This document shows, piece after piece, positions 13,198 through 25,205 of a stretch of 64,000 nucleotides of DNA (within the stretch, counting starts at the first letter, position 1; each line of letters opens with the position of its first letter). This stretch comes from Octopus sinensis (lineage: Eukaryota): assembly GCF_006345805.1 (NCBI RefSeq), contig NC_043002.1, positions 73,222,001-73,286,000 of the forward strand, in the 5' to 3' direction. A program made the translations under genes and the position numbers. The notes beneath the pieces were generated by a model. That model was given only the letters and a program-made list of their open reading frames with translations. It ran no database searches and was not told the origin of the DNA.

Positions 13198-13234
<37 letters not shown>

Positions 13235-14582
13235 CCACATACTAGCTGATATTTCATTTAAATCTTTAACCAATTACACTCCATAGTGGTGGGGCGCCAA
13301 CAAGCTCTGAACTGTTGAAGACAGTTAAGTGCTGCGCTAATCTGAAGCAAGCTGCTTTTTATATGAAAGTAATTGATTTAGCACGTGCCACCATGACTTT
13401 TATGAATTAATCAAAACTTATTAGGAATGTTGATTGCCGTGTAGGAGATGAAGATGATGGAAAGATGTCAAGTTTAGCTTCAATGGATTTATATTTCTTA
13501 CTTTGTTTTATTCATATATTTTTTTCTTTCATTTTTAAGAGTTGAATTATCTGTGGTATTTTCTGTTAAGATAGCCACCAATTTGAAGTTCTTTAACTGT
13601 TCCCTTTTCTCTCAGTCATACTCACAAGTATTTCTGCTTCTTTCTCTCTGTTCAATGTTATTTTTTCTCGCTTAGTCTTCTATATTCCTTCATCTACGCC
13701 ATATTTTCTTCTTTTTTTACCCTACACTGGTAACATCCATTATCTCTCAGCCTTTCTTTTAGCGTCCTCCTTCTTACACATTTTTTCCTACTTTTATTCT
13801 ATATCTCTCATCATTGTTTCCAATATATACTTTTTCAATTTTCTCTAATATGCCCTTAAGTTTTTTTCCCTTCTATTTTTCTTATTCGCCATTTCTATAT
13901 CTTTTGTTTTATACCGTCCCCCCCCCCCGCGCTGCAAACGTATTCATTCCATTCGACAAGTCTTATAGATTTCTATATTTCACTATTCTGTCTGTGGTTG
14001 CAAAAGGAAGTGAAAAAAATCAGATCTTGCAATTTTAAAGCAATTTTGTTACTGAAGGCAAACTACTCACGTTCTTGCCAAATTTCTACAAACATCAATC
14101 GGTTCTTTATAATGCCTGTACTTTTGTTCTATTTTTGTTTTTTTGTTTCGCTACTTCACATATCCAAAGAATTCTTCATACAGTACCATTTTAAAAGTAT
14201 TTCCCATTAAACAATATCGCTTTGAACTAGTCAGTTTAAATATAGGCTTCAAACTAGGTACAAGGCTTGCAATTTCAGGGGAAGGAGTACATCGACCCCA
14301 GTAATCAACTGGTGCTTATTTTATCGACCCCGAAAGAATGAAAGGCAAAGTCGGTCTCGACAACATTTGAACTCAGAGTGTAAAGACGAACGAAATATAG
14401 TTAAACATTTTGCCCGGTGTGCTAATGATTCTGCTAGCTCGCAGCCCTACTCAGTTTGAATATTGATGAATCGCTGTAAAGAAAAAGGTTAATGGAAGTA
14501 GATAGGCCCTCAGTTATCTTCCATATTCTTTTCCACTTTCACAGCCAACATGCCTACATAGCCAATATGCTATACACAGACA

Positions 14583-14881
14583 CAGTGGCGGACTGGTCAG
14601 GTTGCCAGCTTGCCTGATGGCAAGTAGGCTCCTGCGCCATTAGAATCTATATATTGGGGCTCATGTTAGTATCTAAAGGGTTCATCCCCTCAAGTTTGAG
14701 AAATTTTTATTCACTCTTGGAAGAATGCATCAATTATTTCAGACTGGTTGTGTTTGTAGACAATTGAAAAGAATACTGTTAACAAAAAAAAAAAAAAAAT
14801 TTAAATGATAGCACATCATAGTTGTGGGTGGGCCCCCTTAGTCTCCTGGCAACCAATATTTTTAGACCCAGTCCGCCACAG
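14583..14881. mobile_element. hAT-superfamily MITE with perfect 8 bp TSD
   Basis: TIR cagtggcggactgg / ccagtccgccacag (1 mismatch); TSD cacagaca at 14575-14582 and 14882-14889. Confidence 0.9.
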
Positions 14882-15416
14882 CACAGACATTTAGAACTCT
14901 TGAGATATCTGCTGGACCCGGATTCTCAAGAAGAAATTAAGGCAGACAGTCCGAGTGTCCCTTCAGAACGCGACACTGGTCCGCTGCAAGGTTAACCTCC
15001 AGGTACCAGTGGTACTCCTTTTCAGTAGTTTGCTTTGGATCAGAGTGAAAATGAGGTGCTTTGTTCAAAGACACAATGTTCCTTCCGTTCTAAAAATCGA
15101 AGCCACCACCCAACGATCGCGAGCCTGACATATTAACCTCTAGGTCACGCACTTAGTTGGAAATACGTTACTTCATATCGAACCTCAAACCTAACGGTTG
15201 CATACTCGCAAGATTCTCCAAGGCTCTTATAAACATATTTGCTCCTCACTACAAATGTGTGCTCATCTAGGAGGGGAACAGGCGTAAATTTTTATGGTTT
15301 CCGTTTTTTTTAATACATACTGCAACACTACAGTCTTATCTCTTAGGTGCTAAATTTTGATAAACAAAAACGAAGTTGGGCTTGCAAAATGTCTGCCTAA
15401 TATTTTAAACTACGAT

Positions 15417-15700
15417 TATGATTCACATTATTTACATTTTGACAGATATTTGTCCTCATCTTTTTTGTTGTTAACACAACGTTTCGGCTGATATACCCTC
15501 CAGCCTTCACCAGGTGTCTTGAGGAAATTTCGCCAACGAGCATATGGCGTAGTGGTTAAGAGCGCGGGCTACTAACCCCAAGATTCCGAGTTCGATTCCA
15601 GGCAGTGACCTGAACAACAACAACGACAACGACGACGAAAAACACCTTAGGAATGGGAACCCGGGTTCGAAATTTCCCCGAGGACAAATTTCCGTCAAAT
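15417..15700. mobile_element. tRNA-headed SINE with hammerhead/PLE-type tail, present as inverted tail (15417-15532, minus) plus head copy (15540-15700, plus)
   Basis: Head GCATATGGCGTAGTGGTTAAGAGCGCGGGCTACTAACCCCAAGATTCCGAGTTCGATTCCAGG has Pol III box A and box B. The two halves share cgaaatttcc.c.ag and gaggacaaat.tc.gtcaaa. A second head copy lies at ~49565-49650 (minus). Confidence 0.65.
15473..15518 (-). ncRNA. Type I hammerhead motif with one core substitution (CUGGUGA)
   Basis: Minus strand GACAC-CTGGTGA-A-GGCTG-GAGGGTATAT-CAGCC-GAAAC-GTT-GTGTT. Stems I, II and palindromic III all pair; the A6>G change probably inactivates this copy. Confidence 0.65.
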
Positions 15701-15702
15701 TT

Positions 15703-15842
15703 TTGCCAGCTGAGTGGACTGGAGTAAAGTGAAAATGAAGTGTTTTGCTCAAGAATACAACGCATCGCCCGGTCCAGGAATCGAAACCACAACCTTACGG
15801 TCATGAGTTCAACACCCTAACCACTAAGCCACGCGCCTCCAC
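15703..15842 (-). mobile_element. tRNA-derived CORE-like SINE family C; related copies at ~7850-7990-, ~15000-15150-, ~36800-37095-, ~41400-41545+, ~43885-44030+
   Basis: Minus strand gtggaggcgcgtggcttagtggttagggtgttgaactcatgaccgtaaggttgtggtttcgattcctgg...ttcttgagcaaaacacttcattttcac.t.ctccagtccactcagctggcaaaaat. Confidence 0.8.
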
Positions 15843-16249
15843 TTACATTGCATTAGGGTTGTAGATTTGAAGAGAGTATTTAGAATGTGAATTTCAGTGA
15901 CGTAAGGGATAATGTTATTTCCAACGGAAGCCTCATAGGGTTGGAGCATTCAATCTTTATGCTTTAGCTTCAGTTTAAAACAAATTCAGGATTTTAAGAA
16001 ATAGAGACCACTCGTTCAAATATTCTGCATAATTTACTGCGTCTTACAGTAAGTAACCTAGTAAATGTCTGGAACACTTTGGCTGAAAGGCAAATATCAA
16101 ACTCTATGGAACCAGTCTCGTGGCTGGAGTTTGTATTACCCGGGGCGATTCATTAGTTTGCTTTTTTTCTCAATAAAATAAAAATGCCGCCCGTGACGAA
16201 CCGCCTTCCTCGGGTTTTTTTTTTTTTAGCTGTTAAGAAAGCAGAACCC

Positions 16250-16876
16250 TTGTATTCATTTCCTCTTCTCTGTACTAATTGATTAATAAACATCGGGTCA
16301 TTCAAATACGCAGCTAAAACCATAAAACTAATTATAATTCGACTATTTCTAGAGAATTAAGTAGATGGATATTCGTTGGTTTCTATGATAAAGATTCAGC
16401 CGTTCGGTCATCTGAACTACCTGCTTATTGAATTAGCATATAAGTAGCTGGTATTCCTGTATTCATTTCCTCTTCTCTGTACTAATTGATTAATAAACAT
16501 CGGGTCATTCAAATACGCAGCTAAAACCATAAAACTAATTATAATTCGACTTATTTCTAGAGAATTAAGTAGATGGATATTCGTTGGTTTCTATGATAAA
16601 GATTCAGCCGTTCGGTCATCTGAACTACCTGCTTATTGAATTAGCATATAAGTAGCTGGGTATTCCTTGTATTCATTTCCTCTTCTCTGTACTAATTGAT
16701 TAATAAACATCGGGTCATTCAAATACGCAGCTAAAACCATAAAACTAATTATAATTCGACTTATTTCTAGAGAATTAAGTAGATGGATATTCGTTGGTTT
16801 CTATGATAAAGATTCAGCCGTTCGGTCATCTGAACTACCTGCTTATTGAATTAGCATATAAGTAGCTGGGTATTCC
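16250..16876. repeat. Three near-identical tandem copies of a 207-210 bp unit
   Basis: tgtattcatttcctcttctctgtac... starts at 16251, 16458 and 16668; copies differ only by 1-bp indels. Confidence 0.97.
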
Positions 16877-17214
16877 AGTGTATCCTTAACGTAATTAATT
16901 CTCAGCCGTGATAAAGTGTGTGACAAAGTTGTGAATTTGAATTACTGGTACACTCCATCTGATGGGCTTTCGCACAGCCTCTGTCTACCCATTTCCTCTT
17001 ACAAAACGCCACGCAGTGGAATCGAACACCAGGCCTCAAGATTTTGAACCAAACTTCTAAACACTCCGTTCGCAACCCGATGGAATACAAATCTGTTAAG
17101 ACAACGACGACCGGTTTACCTACCATTCACCTGCGCTAGCTAACCTCCATTACATTGGTCTTTGAAATAGGCCGTGGCATCCATAAAAATAAAGATAATC
17201 CAATAAAATAACAA

Positions 17215-17362
17215 CACTATTTATTTTTATTATTTTTATTTATTATTATTTTTATTTTTATTCATTTTTATATTATTATTATCATTATTTTTATTCATTA
17301 CTATTATCATTATTTTTATTGATTACTATTATTATTATTATTATTATATTATTATTATTATT
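17215..17362. repeat. Degenerate (TTA)n low-complexity tract; a purer (TTA)n lies at 3575-3640
   Basis: Direct reading. Confidence 0.9.
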
Positions 17363-17864
17363 TCCAATTCAGATCCCCTTCATAACACAATTATATGCTC
17401 TGAACTAACTTCATCCGGCCTTGATTTAGTTTTTAGCAGAACAATAGGTTATTATATAACAGTTATTATATAACTGTGATACAGATTTAAAACAATCATT
17501 CATGCATTCTTTGCTATTGATACATTATTCATAGTTAATGGCTGCATACAATGGATCTGTGTAACTAAGATCTTGGAAAACATTGTTTAACTATCATTCC
17601 GTTTCTTATGCTCAGAAACCATTGAATATTTAACATAAAGCAAACTGATAGAGATCGATATGTTGGCAATTCTAGTCCATGATTTTATTGTTTTCAAATC
17701 CCGCGAGGTCGGTTTGCCTTTTTTGCCTTTCGTCCCTCCGAAGTTGATAACATAAAGTTCCAGTTTAGTATGGGTGAGGTGGAGTGAGGGTTGGTGGTGT
17801 CGCCTACGCCCCCTCCTCTCAAAATTGCTGACGTTGGGCCTCAGTCATAAACTGTTATGACAAT

Positions 17865-18680
17865 TTGGAAGACAATAAACTGGCAGAATCATTACCGTGC
17901 CAGACAAAATGCTTAATAGTATTTCATCCAGCTTTACGGTCTGAGTTCAAATTCCGCTAGGATCGATCCTGCTTTTCATCCCTTTGGGGTTGATAAATTA
18001 AGTACCCGTGGAGCTGGGAGTCGATATAATCGTCTAGCACCCTCCCTTCAAAATTTCAGGCTCTATACTTATAGAAGACAGGATTATTATTATTTCTGAA
18101 TTTAGGCATAAAGCCAACAATTTTAAGGCAAGGGATTGATTAGTCGATACTTTCGATCCAAGTTACTTAACCGATTATATTATCGACTCCGGAGGGATAA
18201 AGGACAAAGTTGACCTCTAAGAATCTGAATTCAGAACGTAAAGAGCTAGAAAGAAAAATACTACTAGAAATTTTCCGATGCTCTGTGCTTTGCGCTATTT
18301 CTTTCCGTTCTGAATTCAAATATAGTTAAAGGTCAACTTTAATCTTTTGGGGTCGGTAAAATAAAGTACCTGTCAAGTATTAGGCTGAGTTTACAATCGA
18401 ATAGCCCCTCACCATGTAACTGCAAGCCTCATGCCTAAATTAGAACTGTTTAACAATGCTGCGGATTGGCAGAACAGTTAAGAGTTGGACAAAAAAAAAA
18501 AAAAAAAAAAAAAAAAGGCAATGCAGTATTTTCCCTGGTTCTTTACATTTTGAGTTCAAATCCCGCCGAGGTCATCTTCGCTTTTCATTCTTCTGTATCG
18601 ATAAAATAAAGTACTGGAGTCGATTTAACCGACTTACGCCCGTCCTTCAAAATTTGCTGACCTTGTGTCTAAATCAAAAG
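17865..18680. mobile_element. Cluster of ~4 family B SINE copies; similar clusters at 11040-11760, 19445-20270 and 21265-21620
   Basis: Repeated ctgagttcaaat.ccgc.gagg...gcttttcat.c.tt.ggggt.gataaaataaagtac core. Confidence 0.75.
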
Positions 18681-21600
18681 TCATGACTATTTTCAACAAT
18701 AAAATAGAAATGTATATCTTGTTCTTTTCTTTTCTTTCTTTGGGTTTTTTTAATGATTGTGGAAACTAAACACAATAAGAACAGTAACAGTCTCTTGAAT
18801 ACTCTCTGGTCTTAAGTCGATAGTTTAGTTCTGATATTTCAAGCGTTGAGAGTGACTCAGCAGGTTTAGTTGATCAAATAAAGCGGAAGTAAATATTTCT
18901 ATCTGTACATAGCAGCTTTCAGTTAAAGCAGACAATTGATTTTTCTTTTTTTTTAATTTTCGTTTCTTCAAAGTATTCTTTTGATTTTTATGTCTGTTAA
19001 AAGAATTTTTAGAAACACCTGAGTGAAAATGCACGTAATCTGTTTCGTCTCCTTTTCTTTTCGCCATCACCATTTAATCAAACAAAGGAAATCACGGGGC
19101 GGTGGATTGACAGAACTATTTGGGGGTCGGGCAAGATGTCCCGTGGAATTAATTTTGGCGCTTTGCATTCTGACAGCAACGCCTACGACAATATTTGTCC
19201 CAAGCTGAAGACTGTGAGCTGGCAGAAACGTTAGCACGCCGGGCGAAATGCTGAGCGGTATTTCGTCTGCCGCTACGTTCTGAGTTCAAATTCCGCCGAG
19301 GTCGGCTTTGCCTTTAATCCTTTCGGGGTCGATTAAATAAGTACCAATTACGTACTGGGGTCGATATAATCGACTTAATCCGTCTGTCTGTCCTTGTTTG
19401 TCTCCTCTATGTTTAGCCCTTTGTGGGCAATAAAGAAATAAGAAGTTAGCACGCCGGGTGAAATGCTTAACGGTATTTCGTCTGCCGTTACGTTCTGAGT
19501 TCAAATTCCGCCGAGGTCGACTTTGCTTTTCATCCTTTCGGGGTCGATCTAATCGACTGGCACCCTTCCCCAAAAATTTCAGGCTTTGTGAATATCTGTA
19601 CCAAGCTGTATCAACCTAAAATGCTGACCTCTCCCTTAGATAAATAGCAGTGTCGTGAAGAATGACTTGCCTATATAGACAACTAAGCCAGTATAAAAAA
19701 AAAAAAGTCTTGCACAGACTTGTACATACATGAACAGATACTTGAACGACTTTGGTCCATAGAAGCCCCATACATGACTGTAATTTAGTCTTCAGAATAG
19801 AAACAAAAATAGATAAATTAATAATCATTTTAATATTAGTAAGACACATAAAGGTGGCAAGCTGGCAGAATCGTCAGCACGCCGGGCGAAATGTTTAGCG
19901 GCATTTCGTCCGTCTTTACATTCTGAGTTCATATTCCACCGACTTTGCCTTTCATTCTTTCGAGGCAGATAAAATAAGTACCAGTTGAGCACTAGGGGTT
20001 GATCTAATGGACCTACCCCTCCTTCGAAATTGCTCGCGTTGAGTCAAACCTTGAAAACAATATTAATACGTTGTATAAAGGCGGCGAGCTGGCCGTACCG
20101 TTAGCACGTAGGACAAAACACATTGCGACATTTCGTTCTGAGGTCAAATTCCGTCGCGGTCGACTTTGCCTCTTATCCTTTCGAGGTCAATAAAATAAGT
20201 ACCAGTTGTACACTGGGGCCGACGTAATCGACAATTCCCCTCCCCCGAACGTGCCAAAATTCGAAATTACTATAATACAATACACTTTCTTAATCTTATT
20301 TTCTTTATCATCATCATCAACGACTTTTGGTTACCATATTTGATAACATAAAAGACGCATGAGCATATTAAACGTACCCCAATTTCAGTAGTGCATACGG
20401 TTTGGTCATTTTGTTTGATTTTCCGTGTTGGATCCTGAGTACCGTGCTCACTTCTTTGAGGATCCAGCTAGGGTGACGGCATGTGTTAATCGGCCACATG
20501 TCACATAGTAACGGTGGATGAGGCAGTATCTCGTAGAGATGAGGCAGTATCTCGTAGAGATGAGGACTGACTTGGACACTGCTCGGAGAATTGCCTGGGA
20601 CGACCCGAGCAAAAGGTGGATGCAGCAACGCGCTGCAACGGCGCATGCTCCAATATCTGACCTGATACTCAAGAAAAAATGTTTTTAGAGCGTTAAAGCA
20701 CATGTGGGTTTCCAACTTCACATATAGGAGGGGACTTGGAATGATTTTCGAAACATTTTTGGAGAAAGACGAACGTTTTATGTCATCCAATGTGGTGATA
20801 GGTGCACATAGCTTCTTGGATTTACGTTGGAGAGGCAATGGATGTCCGAGTATAAGGCATTCTTCAGGAATTATTATAGTTCGAAATGCGGTGAAATAGA
20901 ACCAGCTAAAATTTGAAAATGCCTCACGAATTCAATTAGACAGAAGTTTGCTTCTAGTTTTACACTGTTATGAAGCATGAATTAAAATGCCAATTTTGAC
21001 GTGATTTAATATGTCATCTAAATAAATAAATAAATCTATTCGTTTCAGCATGAAAGCGTTGATTGTTGATTTAATTGGTCAGCTGACGGAATAATAAGCA
21101 GCACTAATGGACGACGGTAGTCCATGTGGCATGATATTTAAATCACTCACGTTTTCCAAATAATCACAACGGCTGGTGAATACGATGAACTTAAGTGAAT
21201 CGAGTGAAAAATGAGTAATTTTTTTCTTTTTTTTGGTATTTGTATCACGAAGGCGGGGAAAGGTGATAGGCTGGCAAAATCATCGGATAAAAAGTTTAGC
21301 GATATTTCTTGTGACTTTTTACCTTGAGTTCAAATTCCGCCGAGGTCGACTTACTTTTCCTCCTTTTGAAGTCAATGAAATAGTAAACAGTCGAATAATG
21401 AGGTCAATGTAATCTTAAGATTGATAGCCTTGTGCCAAAATTACAAAGAGATGTTAAAGCAGAGAACTGGCAGAATCGTTAGCGCGTTGGTAACAGAAGC
21501 TTTTTTTTTATTCTTCCGATCACTTTAAGTTCTGAGTTCAAATCCTGCTGAGGTTAACCTTACTATTCATTTTCCCGGGATCGATAAAGTAAACAACTAG

Positions 21601-22329
21601 TCAACCATTAAATTCGATGGAATAATCGAGACATTCCAGTTCCACTGCAAGCATCACCACATTCTAGTGTACAGGAGTGTGTTAAATATAAATGCACACA
21701 TACTGGGTTCAGTCCCACTGCGTGACACCTTGGGCAATTGTCTTCTTCTTTAGCCTTGGGCCGACCAAAGCCTTGTGAGTGGATCTGGTAAACGGAAACT
21801 GAAAGAAGCCCGTCGTATATATGTATGTGTGTGTGTATGTATGTATATGTTTGTGTGTCTGTGTTTGTACGCCCCCAACATCGCTTGACAACCGATGCTG
21901 GTGTGTTTGTCCCAGTAACTTAGCGGTTCGGCAAGAGACCGATAGACTAAGTACTAGGCTTACAAAGAATAAGTCCTGGGGTCGATTCGCTCGACTAAAG
22001 GTGGTGCTCCAGCATGGCCGCAGTCAAATGACTGAAACAAGTAAAAGAGTAAAGAGTATACACAAATTGTCGATCAATTTATAAAAAGCGACAGATGGTG
22101 GGAACAATACATGTGGTAGAGTTAAATTTATTCATCATTTTGAGTTTTCAAGTTTCACCTTATTCAACTGCTTCAACCAGCTAGCAAGGCAAAATCTGAA
22201 GTCACTTTCAAGCAAAATAATTTATATGCCATTTTTATTTTTGGCATAACTTGCATAATGACTGAGTGGGCACATAGGTGAGACTTCGTTTTTTTTTTAT
22301 TATCCATACGGACTAACAAATTGGGGACA

Positions 22330-22630
22330 GCACACTATGACTGGAGTCGTACACATTCTTCTTTTTTTCCTGCCTTTAACCCTCCAACGCGGAGTATAGG
22401 CCACTTATAGTTGAATTCCATGTCGCATAATTTTTCGCTTCTGTACTAATACTCGAAACTTGGTTTGTTCTTTGCCATAGCTCTATATTGCTTATGTGTT
22501 CGGGCCATCTAATTTTAAGAATACTACGCAATCATCTGTTGATGAATGATTGTATTTGCTTATTTGACTTAACTGTTGTTCGCCATGTCTCAGCCCCATA
22601 CAATAACACCGCTTTTACGTTAGTGTTGGT
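22330..22630 (-). mobile_element. RTE-clade LINE ORF remnant
   Basis: Minus frame TNVKAVLLYGAETWRTTVKSNKQIQSFINR*LRSILKIRWPEHISNIELWQRT, the characteristic post-RT RTE motif, with an in-frame stop. Confidence 0.85.
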
Positions 22631-23188
22631 AACTCCGACCCCACAAGCCCTCTTTCTCTACCGACACCTTGGTAACCTTTCTGACGTGTTCACGCAGGGC
22701 CTTTCATTCCCAACATGCGTGCCACACGCATCCATCGTTTATTGAACATACTCTCTGACAGGCAGCTCCTTTCCAACCCCACCTTCCTTTTAAGGTGAAA
22801 GGTGAAAACATTCACCAGCGCAAGGCCGGAGACGAAGCTGCTCTCACAGGTGAAACTTATGAGTAACAAGACACTGGTTTGTCCAAAATATGTTATTTAT
22901 TTATATTATAGTATTGAGTATTCTTTCTTCTGTCAGTCACAACACACAGCATGGAGAAGCTGTTTAATAATACACAAAACTTTTCCATTCATTTTCAATG
23001 GGACGATGGCAATGATCAGGTCGCAGTTGTATGATTAAAACGTTACCCCATCAAATATAAAGTGAAATAAATACTGTTTTGCATATTTGCCTTTTCCCCC
23101 ATAATGTATTTGCTTCATTTTCAACACATAGCTTAAGATCAAATCACTTGCTAGACAAATACAACTTTGAGATTATATATATATACAT

Positions 23189-23241
<53 letters not shown>

Positions 23242-23540
23242 CAATGAACTTCTTTCAGTTTCAATCTATGAAATCTACACACAAGGTTGTTTTTTTTACC
23301 CAATATTGTCCATGCCATGTTTAATAACTTTTTCTCCTCAAGTATCACCCATTAAAGAAATTTATTTCATATCTCTATTTTTGAAATTCCTAAAATGTAA
23401 GCATTATTTAATAGACACCAATTCATTGTGCCTATTAATGTTGAGATCCAGCAATCAACTTCTTGGAAGTGTTCTGATATTTCAAATAAAACTTTATTTA
23501 TTTGCCCACGTTTTCCATTTAACTGAGTTATAGTATATAT

Positions 23541-23718
23541 CAGTGATTTTCAAAATTTTTGCTGAAGCGGAACCCCAAGAAAACGTCCCACTGGCTCGAG
23601 GAACCCCTGTGCAATAATTTAATTGTCTTATGCACACATATCTGCACAGAAGAATTAAAAATTACTGTTGATTTTAGCATTTTTGTAACTTCTTGCAGAA
23701 CTCTGGTTGAAAACCACT

Positions 23719-23719
<1 letters not shown>
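23541..23719. mobile_element. hAT (Charlie-like) MITE with perfect 8 bp TSD
   Basis: TIR cagtgattttcaa / ttgaaaaccactg; TSD gtatatat on both sides, with the right copy continuing into a (TA)n tract. Confidence 0.88.
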
Positions 23720-23753
<34 letters not shown>

Positions 23754-23913
23754 CACCCATTACACTTTCTAAGAAGTTGGCATTTGGGAAGGTGTCCAGC
23801 CATAGAAACCATGCCAAATCAGACTGGAGCCTGGTGCAGCCCTGGTCAAACCATGCCAGCATGTACAATGGACGTTAAATGATGATGATGATGATGATAT
23901 GCATATATATATA

Positions 23914-24126
23914 TACATGAAGGGGTGCTGAAAAGTTCCTCACTTTAAAGGTATTGCAAATGGCCTGGTTGGAGCCCTAACCTGAGTTCTTTTACAGGGC
24001 TTAGAAAAACTGAAGGATCACTGCAATAAATGTGTGAATCTAAGAGGGGAATAGGTTGAAATAACTGATTCTCCTATATTTTCTTTTACCCAAAGCCAGG
24101 AACTTTTCAGCACACGCTCCTGTGTA
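23914..24126 (+). mobile_element. Mariner-derived MITE
   Basis: TIR ggggtgctgaaaagttcct / aggaacttttcagcac; the interior encodes a remnant like GLEKLKDHCNKCVNLRGE.VE*, resembling a mariner transposase C-terminus. Confidence 0.75.
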
Positions 24127-24989
24127 TACATATATATACATATGTATATATTATATATACACCTTTACAAAGAAGATATTAAGGTTACAATTTGTTGGGC
24201 AGTGATTTGGGCTATCACAGTATTCAAAAGCTGCACCAAATAACACTCTTGACTATAGAGGAAGAATGATAGGATTTGAAACAGGAAAATACATATATTT
24301 ACATGGACAGTTTAATGGTATCCTACCATCTAACATCCATTTCACAGTAAAGGTTAGCAATTCCGAGCTATAAAGTGCTGACATTTCAAACACAGTCACC
24401 ATAAAGGAGAACAGTCTGGAAAAAGAGGGGAAAGTTTACTCCACACTCACACATTATATGAAATGAAATGTTTAATACCATTAAAATGTCATTAGATAAT
24501 AAGAGCATGTTACCATCTCCTGAACGATGTTTGCTCTCTTTACACTTGCCTATTATTATTATTATTATTAACCAACCTATTGAAGAAATATTCAGATAGT
24601 AGAGGAATTAGGTGCTGCCAACTTACAAGTAAACAGTTATTTTTAGTCAAGTATTTGACATGCATTCCAGTGGAAAAATGAAAAAATAAAAAATATTTTT
24701 GTTTAGAGACATAACATCAACATTCTGTCATGTATGACTGCTCTGTATCAAAGTTTCAGTAATATAGTCTTTATGATATATAATGTTTCCTTATAATCAG
24801 CCAAAGTCTGGAATATTGAGTTTTTAATTTGCTGGTTTCCTCCTGGCTAAGTCTTACAACAGTCCAAAGATTGCAACGCGAAAATGAAATGAATATTCCA
24901 CTATGAATATCATTGGTAATGCAATTTAAGTGAATTTACAGGAACCGAGAATTAAAAGCATGTCTTACATTAACGAGCTGCTTACCTTA

Positions 24990-25205
24990 GTGGTGTTCTT
25001 TAGCTCCAAGTCAGTTCTGATTGAACAGATCTGGGATCAAAGATATTCAACTGCGAAAATTGTCTTTTTTTGGAGTATGTAGGACAACAATTATCTCATT
25101 TCTTTTCTTCACGTAAGTTAGAAAAGTTATGGTTTAAAGGAAAATTGGCTGCTATTTCTAGTGGGTTAAACAACCAAGCCACATACAGTCTCCTTTGTTG
25201 GCTCA
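24990..25205 (+). repeat. Unclassified old interspersed repeat; related pieces at ~48540-48770, ~49900-49970-, ~54300-54600, ~55310-55480, ~9490-9550-
   Basis: Recurrent ctcca.gtcag..ctgat.ga.caga.ct.tgatcaaag..attcca.ct.tgacc and atttggctgctatttctagca.gtcga motifs. Confidence 0.55.

Noticed and set aside
13480-13930. Pyrimidine-rich block that could be a decayed LINE ORF1 on the minus strand
   Set aside because: Stops in all frames and no motif; indistinguishable from low-complexity DNA.
15540-15612. Possible functional tRNA gene
   Set aside because: Box A/B are present but acceptor and anticodon stems do not pair properly, and the sequence continues into a repeat body; treated as a SINE head, as are the other tRNA-like heads.
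16250-16876. Possible CRISPR-like or regularly spaced array
   Set aside because: Whole ~208 bp units are duplicated with no unique spacers; eukaryotic context and no cas genes.
24511-24576. Possible extra minus-strand 63 bp exon (WLIIIIIIGKCKESKHRSGD) with AG/GT ends
   Set aside because: The hydrophobic run is an (ATA)n microsatellite, there is no homology, and it lies downstream of the fascin stop.
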